Below, in pieces: positions 37,915 through 51,220 of a DNA stretch of 64,000 nucleotides. Made by a program: the position numbers and the translations under genes. The notes under the pieces are model-generated. The model was not told the DNA's origin. It saw only the letters and a program-made list of their open reading frames with translations, and searched no databases. Within the stretch, counting starts at the first letter, position 1, and each line of letters opens with the position of its first letter. Source of the stretch: Heterodontus francisci (taxonomy: Eukaryota); NCBI RefSeq assembly GCF_036365525.1, contig NW_027141846.1, positions 1 through 64,000 on the forward strand, given 5' to 3'.

Positions 37915-38515
37915 AGAGGATGGGGGGATATAGCACTGCCAGTGCTCCTGGAACTGTGTCCCAGTCAGAGGGTGCATCTCTGGGAGAGAAGGGGAGGAAG
38001 CACCAGACTAAGATTGAGGTGTACTAGGCTGTGAGGGGCCTGGATAGAGTGGATGGGAAGGACCTACTTCCCTTAGCAGAGAGGTCAGTGACCAGGGGGT
38101 ATAGATTTAAAGTGATTGGTAGAAAAATCTTTTCACCCAGAGGACAGTGAGGGTCTGGAATTCACTGCCTGAAAGAGTGGTCGAGGCAGAAACCCTCAAC
38201 TCATTTAAAAGGTGTCTGGATATGCACCTGAAGTCCCGTCACCTCCAGGGATCTGGAGCAAGTGCTGGAAAATGGGATTAGGCTGGGTGGTTTGTTTTTT
38301 CGGCCGGCACAGACACGATGGGCAGAGTGGCCGGCTTCTGTGCTGAAAATATTTCTACATTTTCGAAATATTCTAAATATCTGAAAAGGAGGAATGTGCA
38401 GGGATGTGGGAAGAGGGCAGGGGGGAGTTGCAGTCCATGAATTGCTCCTTAGGAGGGCCACGATGGGGCAAATGGCCCTCCTCTGGTCTGTAACGATTCT
38501 ATGATTGTAAAACTA

Positions 38516-38797
<282 letters not shown>

Positions 38798-38939
38798 TTA
38801 GGAGACTCGTGTCCCTTCAAAAGATTCCTCACCTCTGCTCTGCGGAAGTTACTGACTCTTGTTAATCGATTTCCAATAGTGCATCCAATGAGTCATTGCT
38901 TGTGTGGGTAAGCTTAGCGAGTCAGTGTTGCTAAATGGA

Positions 38940-39392
38940 TGTGGCTCAGTGGTTAGCACTTGTGCCTTTGAGTCTCAAAGGTTCTGGGTTCAAGTCCCAC
39001 TCTTGAGGCTTGAGTACAAAGTCTAGGATGGTGCTGCTAGTGCAGTACTGAGGGAGTGCAGGAGGTGCTGATTTCCTGGTGAGATGTTCAACCAAGGCCC
39101 CATCTACCCTCTCAGGTGGATGTTAAAGACCCCCATGGCTGCTATTTAAAGGACAGCGGGGGAATTCTCCCCCGTGTCCTGGTCAATATTTATCCCTCAA
39201 ATCAACATGACTAAAACTGACAAGCTGGCCATTATCACATGGCTATTTGTGGGATCGTGCTGTGCACAAATTGGCCACCACGTTTCCTACATTACAACAG
39301 TGACTACACTTCAAGAAGTACTTCCTTGGCTGTAAAGGGTCTTGAGATGTCCTGAGTTTGTGTTCGGCACTACATAAATGCAAGTTCTTTTC
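38940..39392 (+). mobile_element. Deu-domain-type SINE, near full length
   Basis: Head gtggctcagtggttagcac...gggttcaagtccc, followed by body and tail. Confidence 0.78.
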
Positions 39393-39559
39393 ATCTATTC
39401 TGCTTAATGCAAAAAAAAAAATTGAGATTAATTTAAAACAGGGTGGATTGATCAGAAATAAGGCACAGTTGGAAGGGCTGACACAGTGAGGGGACTGCAG
39501 AGTGGGTGTTGTGTTACTATCACCCAGACTGCGGACTTCCACCTCTAGCATTGCCCCCG

Positions 39560-40125
39560 TTTCCACTTCTGCCTCAGCTCATCGGCTGCTGAAACCCTCA
39601 TCCATAACCGTGTTACCTCCAGACTCGATGATTCCAGTGCTGTCTTGACCGGTCTCCCATCTTACACTTCAGCCTATCCAAAGGTTATCTGCACATGTTC
39701 TACCTTGCATCAGGTTCTGTTCACACATCACCCCCTGTGCTCGCTGACCTACGTTCGCTCCTGGTCCGGCTTTGCCTCGATCGTAAAATTCTCATCCTTG
39801 TTTTCAAATCCCTCCATGGTCTCGCCCTCCCTCCCTATCTCAGTCACCTCCTCCAGCCCCACAACTCAGATCTCTGCACTCCTCTAATTCTGGCCTCTTG
39901 AGCATCCCCGATTTTAAATCGCTCAGATTCTTGTGCCTGAGCCTCTAAGTTCTGGACGTCCCTCCCTAAACCTCTCCGCCCCTCTCCCCTCCTTTAAGAT
40001 GCTCTTTGACCAAGTTTTTAAGTCACCTGTCATATCTCCTGAAACGTTAACTTTTGTTCGATAATGCTCCTGTGAACCACCTTGGGAGGTTTTACTGCAG
40101 TCAAGTCACTGTATAAATGTAGGTG
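39560..40125 (+). mobile_element. Decayed L2-clade LINE 3' fragment
   Basis: L2-like AAETLIH..VTSRLD and HITPVLADL..L...FKILILVFKSLHGLA remnants. The tail resembles the 3' end of the Deu-type SINEs. Confidence 0.65.
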
Positions 40126-40188
40126 ATTGCTGTTGTTGTATCAGAGGTTGCCCTGCGAGTGAGGAGGTGCAACAGCAGAAAGAACCTA

Positions 40189-40335
<147 letters not shown>

Positions 40336-41071
40336 CTAAATAAAGAACAACATTCGAGGCAGCAACAGTCCCTGTTTTGGTCTCCATATCTAAGGAAGGA
40401 TATAGTTGCCTCGGAGGCGGTACAGCAAAGGTTCACTCAGTTAGTTCCTATGATGAGAGGCTGAGTAAATTGGGCCTATATTCTCTGGAGTTTAGAATAA
40501 TGAGAGGTGATCGCATTGAAACATACAAGATTCTGAAGGGGCTTGACATGGCGGACACTGAGAGTTTGTTTCCCCTGGTTGGGGAATCTAGAACATGGGG
40601 GCACAAGGGGTTCATCATTTAGGACTGAGATGAGTCTTCACTCAGAGGGTTGGGAATCCTTGGAATTCTCTACCCTAGGGAGCTGTGGATGCTCCCTCGT
40701 TGGAGTATATTTAAGACTGAGATCGATAGTTTTTTGATCTCTCAGGGAATCAAAGGATATGGGGAGGGGGCAGGAAAGTGGGGTTGAGGCAGGAGATAAG
40801 CCACGACATACTGAATGGCGCAGCAGGTTCGAGGGGCCGAATGGCCTACTCCTGCTCCTATTTCTTATGCTCTTATAGGCCAAGAAACATGTCCAGATTC
40901 ATCGATCAACCCTGCCTTCCCACCATAATTCTGCAATCCCATCTCCCTCCATAAACGGATCCAATTGTCCCTTGAACCCCATTTACACCCTCATTCCACC
41001 ACGCAATTTTCCTTCAGTTCAAACAGTCCGACCGGTATTGCCTTCTTCGTCCGAACTTCCTCGTTTTCAGC

Positions 41072-41340
41072 GAAAGCAAAATACTGTGGATGAGGAAAAT
41101 CTGAAATAAAAACAGAAAAGGCTGGAAACTCTTAGTAGACCAGGCAGCATCCGCTGAGAAAGAAGCAGGGTTGACGTTTCAGGTCAGTGACCTTACACGA
41201 AAGGTCATCAGTTCTGATGAAAGGCCAGTAACCTGAAATGTTATCTCGGTTTCTCTCTCCCTCTCTCTCTCTCTCTGTCCACAGATGCTATCTAACCCTC
41301 TGGAGTATTTCCCAGCATTTTTTGTTTTTTATTTCCCAAT
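41072..41340. mobile_element. Second copy of the palindromic element
   Basis: Same aagcaaaatactg start and inverted arms. Centre cagttctgatgaaaggccagtaacctgaaatgtt. Confidence 0.62.
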
Positions 41341-43448
41341 ATTTAACTTGCGTTTTGAATTTCAAGATGGCCGTCAGGTACGACACAACGTAAAACGTCA
41401 GAGGTGCGGGATGTTTAATGTCAGTTGCCATGGTTTCTTGGTCCCTAGGTGTCAAGAGACCGCAGACGGTGGTGTTCCTGCAGAGGTGCAGAATGGGTGT
41501 GAGCCATGATAGCGATATCCCAGCAGCCTCTGGCCATCTTGTAGCGCGTTGCCACCACATCTGGCTGTGCGTCACCGATACCAGCAGTCTGGTTTTGGCA
41601 GTGGCTGACGGTACTGCCATAGCAAAGCCGGAGGGTAGGGGGTTCAAATCCCACCCTGCTGAAATTGAGTTCAACAATTCTGGGCTGGCACCAGAAAAAA
41701 AAAAATACTGGTTGTTGAATACCCAACTGTTTGACCAATATCCTGCAGGAAACCTGCCATCCATGCCCGGTATGGCCCACATGTGTCTGCTACACTTGAC
41801 TCAAAAGATTGACCAGGATGGGCCTCATTTCTCTCGTGTGGGGTGACCCGATAGAGGTCTTTACAATTATGAAGGGGTTTGATAGGGCAGACGCAGAGAA
41901 ATTGTTTCCTGTTGTGAGCAAAACTAGGGCCATAAATATTAATAGTCACAAATAGATCTATTGTCTGGAGCCAGACAGTGGTGAGAATGTGGAACTCGCT
42001 ACCTCAAGGAGTAGATGAGGAGAATGGCATAGATGCAACTAAAGGGAAGCTAGGTAAGCACATGAGGGAGAAAGGAATGGAAGGTTATGCTGATAAGGTG
42101 AGGCGAAGAGGGGTGGGAGGTGGCTTGTGTGGAGCATAAACGCTGCCATGCATTAGTTGGACCGAATGGCCTGTTTCTGTAAAGTTAACGTGTAACACAC
42201 TACGTCGTTGACTCTTGACGCCCTTTGTAGTGGGCACGAAATCTGCTCAGGTCTCCGGACGTCACGCTCGGCTCAGTGATAAATTGGCCGAAGAAAGGAG
42301 GCGACCGCAAGGCATAGGAGAGTCAAAAGAGAGGTGAGAAAGGTAGATCTGAAAAGTAAATTGTGAGAAGTGTGGTTGTCATGAGTTCAACTCAGTAAAT
42401 GGCAAATTTTGGACCGATGCCAGGAAATGCTACAAACTGGAAAAAGTGGGTGATGTGGGGGAGGGACGAACATGGGCGAAAATATATCCTAATCCTGATG
42501 ATTGCCGAGGAGGCCCAGCTTGTGGAGACAGCCTGCATGTATAGTGAGTGCTGTGGGTCACTGCCTGATGGCACAAAGGTTTCCAATCACTAAATTACTT
42601 ACAGATGTGACTGCTGGCCGTAAGATTCCAGAGGATTTCCCATCAGGACATTAGTGGGGAATAAGTTTGTTCAGGAACAGTGTCGTTCTAGGCTGCTTGC
42701 AAGCTCTTCCCCGCCATCCCAAACGTCTCTGAGCGTCGGAAAGAGAAAGGCTAACCGTTTCCCCTCCCCCCTCGTTCTCCCCCGATGGTTGAGTTGACAA
42801 AAGCACAAGGACAGTTGCACCTTCGGTCCCTGGGGTATGTGGCGAGGCAGCCGTTCTCAGTCAGGGCTGGTGGGAATTAACTAGGCAAACACACTTGTGT
42901 CAGCTAAGCTCAGCTGACAAAGCCAGTATTTGTTGCTCATCCTAATTGCCCTTGAACTGAGTGACTTGCTAGGCCGTTTAGAGGGCAGCTAAAAGTCAGC
43001 CACATTGCTGTGGGTCTGAAGAGACATGTCGGCCAGACCAGGTAGGGATGGCTGATTTCCTTCCCTAAAAAAACATGAGATGAAGCAGATCAGTTTTTAC
43101 AACAATCCGGTAATTTCATGGTCACTATTCCTGTCTCTGCATCATTAGTCCAGACCTCTGCGTTACTAGACCAGTAACAGAACCACTGTGTTACTATGGT
43201 GACACCACAGGTCCCAGACAGAATGCAGATGACTGGGCAATTACCCCGCCAATCATGCGCTGCTGGAAGTAAAGGGAAATAATTCTGCTACAACTGGGAG
43301 ACTTTGCTGTAGTTTGGGTCATGGAGTTTGGAGACTTTCATGTCCTGCCCCCGCCTCTAACCCATGAGCTGACCCATTTGATGTCAATATTGCTCAAACC
43401 CCGCCTCTACATCCAGCTCATTGGCTGACACCATGCTGTCAATATTCA

Positions 43449-43838
<390 letters not shown>

Positions 43839-44086
43839 TCAGGCCAGTGAGTGACCCGCTCCTCGCTGTGTCAACCACATGTGCACCCCTGCCATTTCCC
43901 GGGTGGACCTGGTGCCCTGTGACTGGGGGACAAGGTGGGGATGTGAGGGGGGGGACGAGGGGGGGGTAAACACATCCCATGGGATTGTGTTGACTTGCAT
44001 TGGTTGTGTCTCAGTGGGTATCAGCTCTTGTCCTTGTGTCAGTAGCTCGAGTTCAATTCCCATGCCAATGACTTGCCTATATATTC

Positions 44087-44468
44087 TAGGCTGAGACACC
44101 CAGTGCAGTACTGAGGGAGTGCTGCAGTGTCGGAGGTGCCGTCTTTCAGATAAGATATTAAACCGAGGCCCCCATCTGCCCCCTCACGTGGATGGAAAAT
44201 ATCCCACGTTCACTATTTTGAAGAGCGGGGGGAGTTTGCCCCTGTGTCCTGGCCAATAATCATCCCTCAACCAACAAACATCACACAAAAAAAATGATGA
44301 TTTGGTCATTATCACATTGCTGTTTGTGGGATCTTGCTGTGCACACTGGCTGCCGTGTTACCTACATTACAACAGTGACTACACTTGAAAAAGTACTCCA
44401 TTGGCTGTAACGCCCTTATTTGGGACATCCTGAGGTTGTGAAAGGTGCTATATAAATGCAAATCTTTT
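44087..44468 (+). mobile_element. Deu-domain-type SINE copy
   Basis: Same body. Tail ggtgctatataaatgcaaatc. Confidence 0.78.
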
Positions 44469-45270
44469 TATTCATTTTGGGGATATAGGTGTCGCTGGCC
44501 AGGCCAGCATTTATTGCCCATTCCTAATTGCCCTTGAGGAGGTGGTGGTGAGCAGCCTTCTTGAACCGCTGCAGTCCATTTTTTTTTTAAGGTGGCCTTT
44601 ATACCCCAGGCCCCTTTTATATTTTTCACATCGAGGGGGCCTTTATTCCTCAGGCCCCCCTTATGTACATATTTACAGTTTTAAAATAACTTTATTAAAA
44701 CCAGATAAATAAACAAAAAACTCAAATTAAAATGCCATTCTCGGCGACAACGATGCACTCCAGTCTCTGCGGTGCCCACCGGTGGCGGAAGGCCTCAAGC
44801 GTACCGGCGGACACCGCATGCTCCTTCTCCAAGGACACCCGGGCGCGAACGTAACCGCGGAAGAGGGGCAGGCAATCGGGGAGGACGGACCCCCCGACGG
44901 CCCGCAACCTGGACCTGTGAATTGCCACCTTGGCCAGGCCCAGGAGCAGACCGACGAGGAGATCCTCCTCCCGGCCCAAGCCCCTCCGCACCGGGTGCCC
45001 AAAGATCAGGAGCGTGGGACTGAAGTGCAGCCAGAATTTGAGGAGCAGCCCCTTCAGATACCGCTGCAGTCCATGTGGGATAGGTACACCCACAGTGCTG
45101 TTAGGAAGGGAGTTCCAGGATTTTTGACCCAGTGACAGTGAAGGAACGGCGATATAGTTCCAAGTCAGGATGGTGTGTGACTTGGAGGGGAACTTGCAGG
45201 TGGTGGTGTCCCCATGCATCTGCTGCCCTTGTCCTTCTAGGTGGTAGAGGTCATGGGTTTGGAAGGTGCC
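44468..45270 (-). mobile_element. 3' fragment of the same LINE family as 36953-37914, split by a Tx1 insertion
   Basis: 44468-44579 and 45060-45270 are collinear with 36955-37260. Confidence 0.8.
44580..45059 (-). mobile_element. Tx1/L1-clade LINE 3' fragment, copy 1, with poly(A) and 15-bp TSD
   Basis: LLVGLLLGLAKVAIHRSR...RARVSLEKEHAVSAGTLEAFRHRW resembles a Tx1 ORF2 C-terminus. Poly(A) tail present. Perfect TSD accgctgcagtccat at 44565-44579 and 45060-45074. Confidence 0.82.
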
Positions 45271-45470
45271 GTGGAAGGAGCATGAAGATCCTAGATTCTA
45301 TTCCCAATTTATTTGATGATTTGACTGCTGCACTTGGCTTCAGTACCCTTAAACTAGGGAAGGTAAAAATATATTCACATCCATTCTCATAGCTGGGTCA
45401 GTGCTGTACCTGTCCTGGGAGTGTTTGATGGGACAGTGTAGAGGGAGCTTTACTCTGTATCTAACCCCTG

Positions 45471-45853
45471 TTTTTTTTTAAGGTGGCCTTTATACCCCAG
45501 GCCCCTTTTATATTTTTCACGTTCAGGGGGCCTTTATTCCTCAGGCCCCCTTTATGTACATATTTACAGTTTTAAAATAACTTTATTAAAACCAGATAAA
45601 TAAACAAAAAACTCAAATTAAAATGCCATTCTCGGCGTCGACGATGCACTCCAGTCCCTGCGGTGCCCACCGGTCGCGGAAGGCCTCAAGCATACCGGCG
45701 GACACCGCATGCTCCTTCTCCAGGGACACCCGGGCGCGAATGTAACCGCGGAAGAGGGGCAGGCAATCGGGGAGGACGGACCCCCTGATGGCCCGCAACC
45801 TGGACCTGTCAATTGCCACCTTGGCCAGGCCCAGGAGCAGACCGATGAGGAGA
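45471..45853 (-). mobile_element. Tx1/L1-clade LINE 3' fragment, copy 2
   Basis: Near-identical to 44580-44962. Poly(A) tail. Imperfect TSD gtatcta(a/g)cccc. Confidence 0.8.
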
Positions 45854-47203
45854 GTATCTAGCCCCGTGCTGTACCTGTCCTGGGAGCGTTTGATAGATCG
45901 AGGATGAACAATATTCTGGGTTACATCTTCAAAACCCTTTGGATATGAAACTCACTAGATGGAGAGAGTGCTCAGAATGTTTGAGAAAAGCCTTGGAATA
46001 AATGAGCAGTTTCAGAATGTAAACAATGAATGATACAAGGCTCTTTCATGCTGTGTGAGTGAGATGAATACTGGGTACGCTCAGTGTTAGCCTTGGCACA
46101 GTTTCCCAGGGGCACTTGGCCCAGTTCTCTGGCACTGAACACGGGCACCTGAAGGAGTCCAGGATGTATTTGTGAGCAACAGAGGCCCTAACTTGGCACC
46201 TGGTGCCCCACAAACAATTATTTGTGCCAGCTGTGAGTGGCAGTGATGGCAGAGAGCGGAGTTCTTGCTGTTTCTTGTGACGGCCATAAAATAGAAATGT
46301 CTAAAGGAAATTAAACTAAAAGGGGCATAGTTTCTGCCAATGGAGCTTGTCAAAGTCTCGTCAGAAGTTGGAAAAAAAAGGCAGGGGGTTGTGAAGGTGA
46401 GAGATGAGTTACATTAAGTAATATTCTCCAAAAGGATTAGCTTTTATACTTTCCACCTCTCTAGGTGGAATCTGCAGGCCTGAGGCCTACTCTGACCTAC
46501 CAAAGCCAAGCAGCTAGGCCTCGTTACCATAGTGACTACTTGCTTGGCCCTCAGGGTAAGGAGTGATGGACGAGGATGGTGGTGTTTGATTTATCCTGGA
46601 CGTTCTTCACCCCGAGACTGACTGCCAACAGATTTCAGACCCTTGAGTCAGCCAGAGGCAGAGCGATTTATTTATTTTTCCGCCATTCTCGGCTCCGTGT
46701 TTGCCAAGTCTCTCGCAAACACCCGGCTCAAAGAAGTTCAATTTGAAACCTGCAGCCCGACACCCCCTGCCCCCCCTCCCCCCCCTTCCCTCAGCAGACA
46801 CATTTTCTGCCTTCGTCCTGTACCTCCTTGCCAATGCAGGGGCAATCGAGGGAGGGAAGAAAGACGTTTGCAAACTGAGGAGCGTCTTTTGAAGCAGGTT
46901 TGTGCCGCAGTGAGAAGCTGGGACATTTTATGGTTTAAGTGAGAAATTACCGAGGAAGGGGAGGAGGCCATTCAGCCCCTCGAGCCTGTTCGCCCAGTGA
47001 GATTGTGGGAAATCTGTACCGACCTGCCTTATTCCTTTATACCCTTAACCAACAAAAATCTAATTGAAATTTCTAATTGACCTCACAGCTTTTTAGGGAA
47101 GAGAGTTCCAGATTTCCACTCCCCTTTATGTGAGGAAATGCTTCCTGACATCACCCCTAAACGGCCTGGCTCTAAATTTGTAGGTTCTGTCCCCTTGTTC
47201 TGG

Positions 47204-47708
47204 ACTGCTTCGACTCGCCACACTTTAGCCCCGTCTTTATGGCTGCCCGCCAGCTCTGGCGAACGCTGGCAACTGACTCCCACGACTTGTGATCAAGGTC
47301 ACAGGATTTCATGTCGCGTTTGCAGACGTCTTTAAAGCGGAGACATGGACGGCCGGTGGGTCTGATACCAGTGGCGAGCTCGCTGTACAATGTGTCTTTG
47401 GGGATCTGCCGTCTTCCATGTGGCTCACATGGCCAAGCCATCTCAAGCGCCGCTGACTCAGTAGGGTGTATATGCTGGGAATGTTGGCCGCCTCGAGGAC
47501 TTCTGTGTTGGAGATACGGTCCTGCCACCTGATGCCAAGGATTCTCCGGAGGCAGTGAAGATGGAATGAATTGAGACGTCGCTCTTGGCTGACATACGTT
47601 GTCCAGGCCTCGCTGCCATAGAGCAAGGTACTGAGGACACAGGCCTGATACACTCGAACTTTTGTGTTCCGTGTCAGTGCGCCATTTTCCCACACTCTCT
47701 TGGCCAGT
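47204..47708 (-). mobile_element. Internal fragment of the same RTE family (no 3' tail)
   Basis: Closely matches 1155-1657 (WENGALTRNTKVRVYQACVLSTLLYGSEAW). Joined directly to a SINE on one side and a CR1 tail on the other. Confidence 0.88.
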
Positions 47709-47973
47709 TATACTAATCCTACATTAATCCCATATCCCATATTCCCTACCGCATCCCCTCAATTCCCCTACCCCCTCTAGGGGCAATTTACAATGGCCAA
47801 TTTACCTATCAACCTGCAAGTCTTTGGCTGTGGGAGGAAACCGGAGCACCCAGCGGAAACCCACGCGGTCACAGGGAGAACTTGCAAACTCCGCACAGGC
47901 AGTACCCAGAATTGAACCCGGATCCCTGGAGCTGTGAGGCTGCGGTGCTAACCACTGCGCCACTGTGCCGCCC
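47709..47973 (-). mobile_element. V-domain SINE copy lacking its 3' tail
   Basis: Intact head gggcggcacagtggcgcagtgg. Ends at gattagtata and joins the RTE fragment. Confidence 0.85.
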
Positions 47974-49139
47974 ATTCGATAAGATCATGGCTGATTAGCT
48001 ACATCAACAGCCCACGATCCCTTGATTCCCTTAGGCGGCAAAAATCTGCCAATCTCAGCTTTGAACGTACTCAACGACTGAGCATCCACAGCTCTCCGGG
48101 GGTAGAGAATTCCAAAGATTCACAACGCGCTGATTAAAGAAACTCCTTCTCATCCCAGTCCTAAGTGGCCGACACCTTACCCTGAGATTGTGCCCCCCTT
48201 GTTCTAGACATTCCAGCCAGGGGGGAAAGTATCCTCTCGGCACTGGCTCTGTCAAGCAATGAGATAAGTGACTGTTTGAGGTGTTGGTTGAGGGATAGAT
48301 TTAGACCAGGAGACTGGGGGCGAACTCCCCTTCTCTTCCTTTGGCATAGTTTCATCACCAGAGAGTAGAGGATTCTCCCCCCCCCACCCCCCTCCCCAAT
48401 CTCCTCCCCTCCCCCACAGCACAGGAGCCAGATCCCCGCTGTTTGTAGGAACTGCCAGGTTAAATGAACGCCAGGCTCCATCACTGGCTCTTTAACGAGC
48501 TCCTCGCCCCGTCTCCGGTGACCAGATCAACTCTGATTTGAAATTTCGCAAACATCCCCTCCCCCACTCATCGCTCCCATCCTTTGGCATTCCGCGTAGA
48601 ACTTTAATTGGACGATCAGAGCCCGAAACCTCGTGGTTTAACATTCTCCATTCGTGATTGAACAATTCGGTGGAGAGACAGAGAGGCAAGGAGCCGGGGT
48701 ACTAGGGTGCGAGAAAAAGCAGAGGCACAGCGAAGGTAGGAGAGGGAGAGACCCAATATTAGTGTGATCAATACATAAAATTAAAGTAAGACGCAGCATT
48801 TCTTCACACAAAGTAGTGTAAATCTGGAACTCAGTCTACCCCCTTCCCCCCCCACACCCTCAAAAAAAAAAAGGACAGTTAAATGGAGCCACGATCTGAT
48901 TGAGCGGTGGAATGGGCTGTCCTGGTTCTAAGGCAAACTCTCCGGCAGCAGGATAACACATTGTGTCACACATGTAATCACCTCCCTGGCATGTGAAAGC
49001 AGTGGATTCACATGGGGAAAAACTAATATCAAATGTGATAAATTCCCGAGAATCATTGAGCAATGCTGTGGGAGTTTCCCGTCATTAAAGGGCAACACGC
49101 ACATGCACACACACACACATACACACAGCGTCAAACCTA

Positions 49140-49376
<237 letters not shown>

Positions 49377-49515
49377 TTAGAACCCCCGAACTCGGGCAGT
49401 CTGGGACTTACGGGCTCCTAAATTAGACTCAATGCCCCAGGGTTAGCCAGGGGACCCACTTCTGCTCACGAGCTGGAAGGGCCAGGTGCACGTGTTCTGG
49501 AAGCACCTACGCCCA

Positions 49516-50440
49516 TGGAACCGTACCCCACTGAGAGTGTCAGTGCGTGGAACCGTACCCCAGTGAGAGTGTCAGTGCGTGTGGAACCGTACCCCAGTGA
49601 GAGTGTCAGTGCGTGGAACCGTACCCCAGTGAGAGTGTCAGTGCGTGGAACCGTACCCCAGTGAGAGTGTCAGTGCGTGGAACCGTACCCCAGTGAGAGT
49701 TTCAGTGCGTGTGGAACCGTACGCCAGTGAGAGTGTCAGTGCGTGGAACCGTACCCCAGTGAGAGTGTCAGTGCGTGTGGAACCGTACCCCAGTGAGAGT
49801 GTCAGTGCGTGTGGAACCGTACCCCAGTGAGAGTGTCAGTGCGTGGAACCGTACCCCAGTGAGAGTGTCAGTGCGTGGAACCGTACCCCAGTGAGAGTGT
49901 CAGTGCGTGGAACCGTACCCCAGTGAGAGTTTCAGTGCGTGTGGAACCGTACACCAGTGAGAGAGTCAGTGCGTGGAACCGTAGCCCAGTGAGAGTCAGT
50001 GCGCGTGGAACCGTACCCCAGTGAGAGTCAGTGCGTGGAACCGTACCCCAGTGAGAGTGTCAGTGCGCGTGGAACCGTACCCCAGTGAGAGAGTCAGTGC
50101 GTGGAACCGTACCCCAGTGAGAGTGTCAGTGCGTGGAACCATACCCCAGTGAGAGTGTCAGTGCGCGTGGAACCGTACCCCAGTGAGACAGTCAGTGCGT
50201 GGAACCGTACCCCAGTGAGAGTGTCAGTGCGCGTGGAACCGTACCCCAGTGAGAGTGTCAGTGCGCGTGGAACCGTACCCCAGTGAGAGTGTCAGTGCGT
50301 GGCTCCGTACCCCAGTGAGAGAGTCAGTGCGTGTGGAACCGTACCCCAGTGAGAGAGTCAGTGCGTGGAACCGTACCCCAGTGAGAGAGTCAGTGCACGT
50401 GGAACTGTACCCCAGTGAGAGAGTCAGTGCGCGTGGAACC
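49516..50440. repeat. 32/34-bp minisatellite, ~28 units, HHIPL intron 2
   Basis: Unit tggaaccgtaccccagtgagagtgtcagtgcg(tg/cg), head-to-tail. Confidence 0.96.
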
Positions 50441-50516
50441 TGTGTAGAGAAAGGAAATCAAATACAGTCCTCTTGGAAGAGAGGATTATTACATCAGGAA
50501 GGAGGATGTGCCCTTA

Positions 50517-51218
<702 letters not shown>

Positions 51219-51220
51219 CT

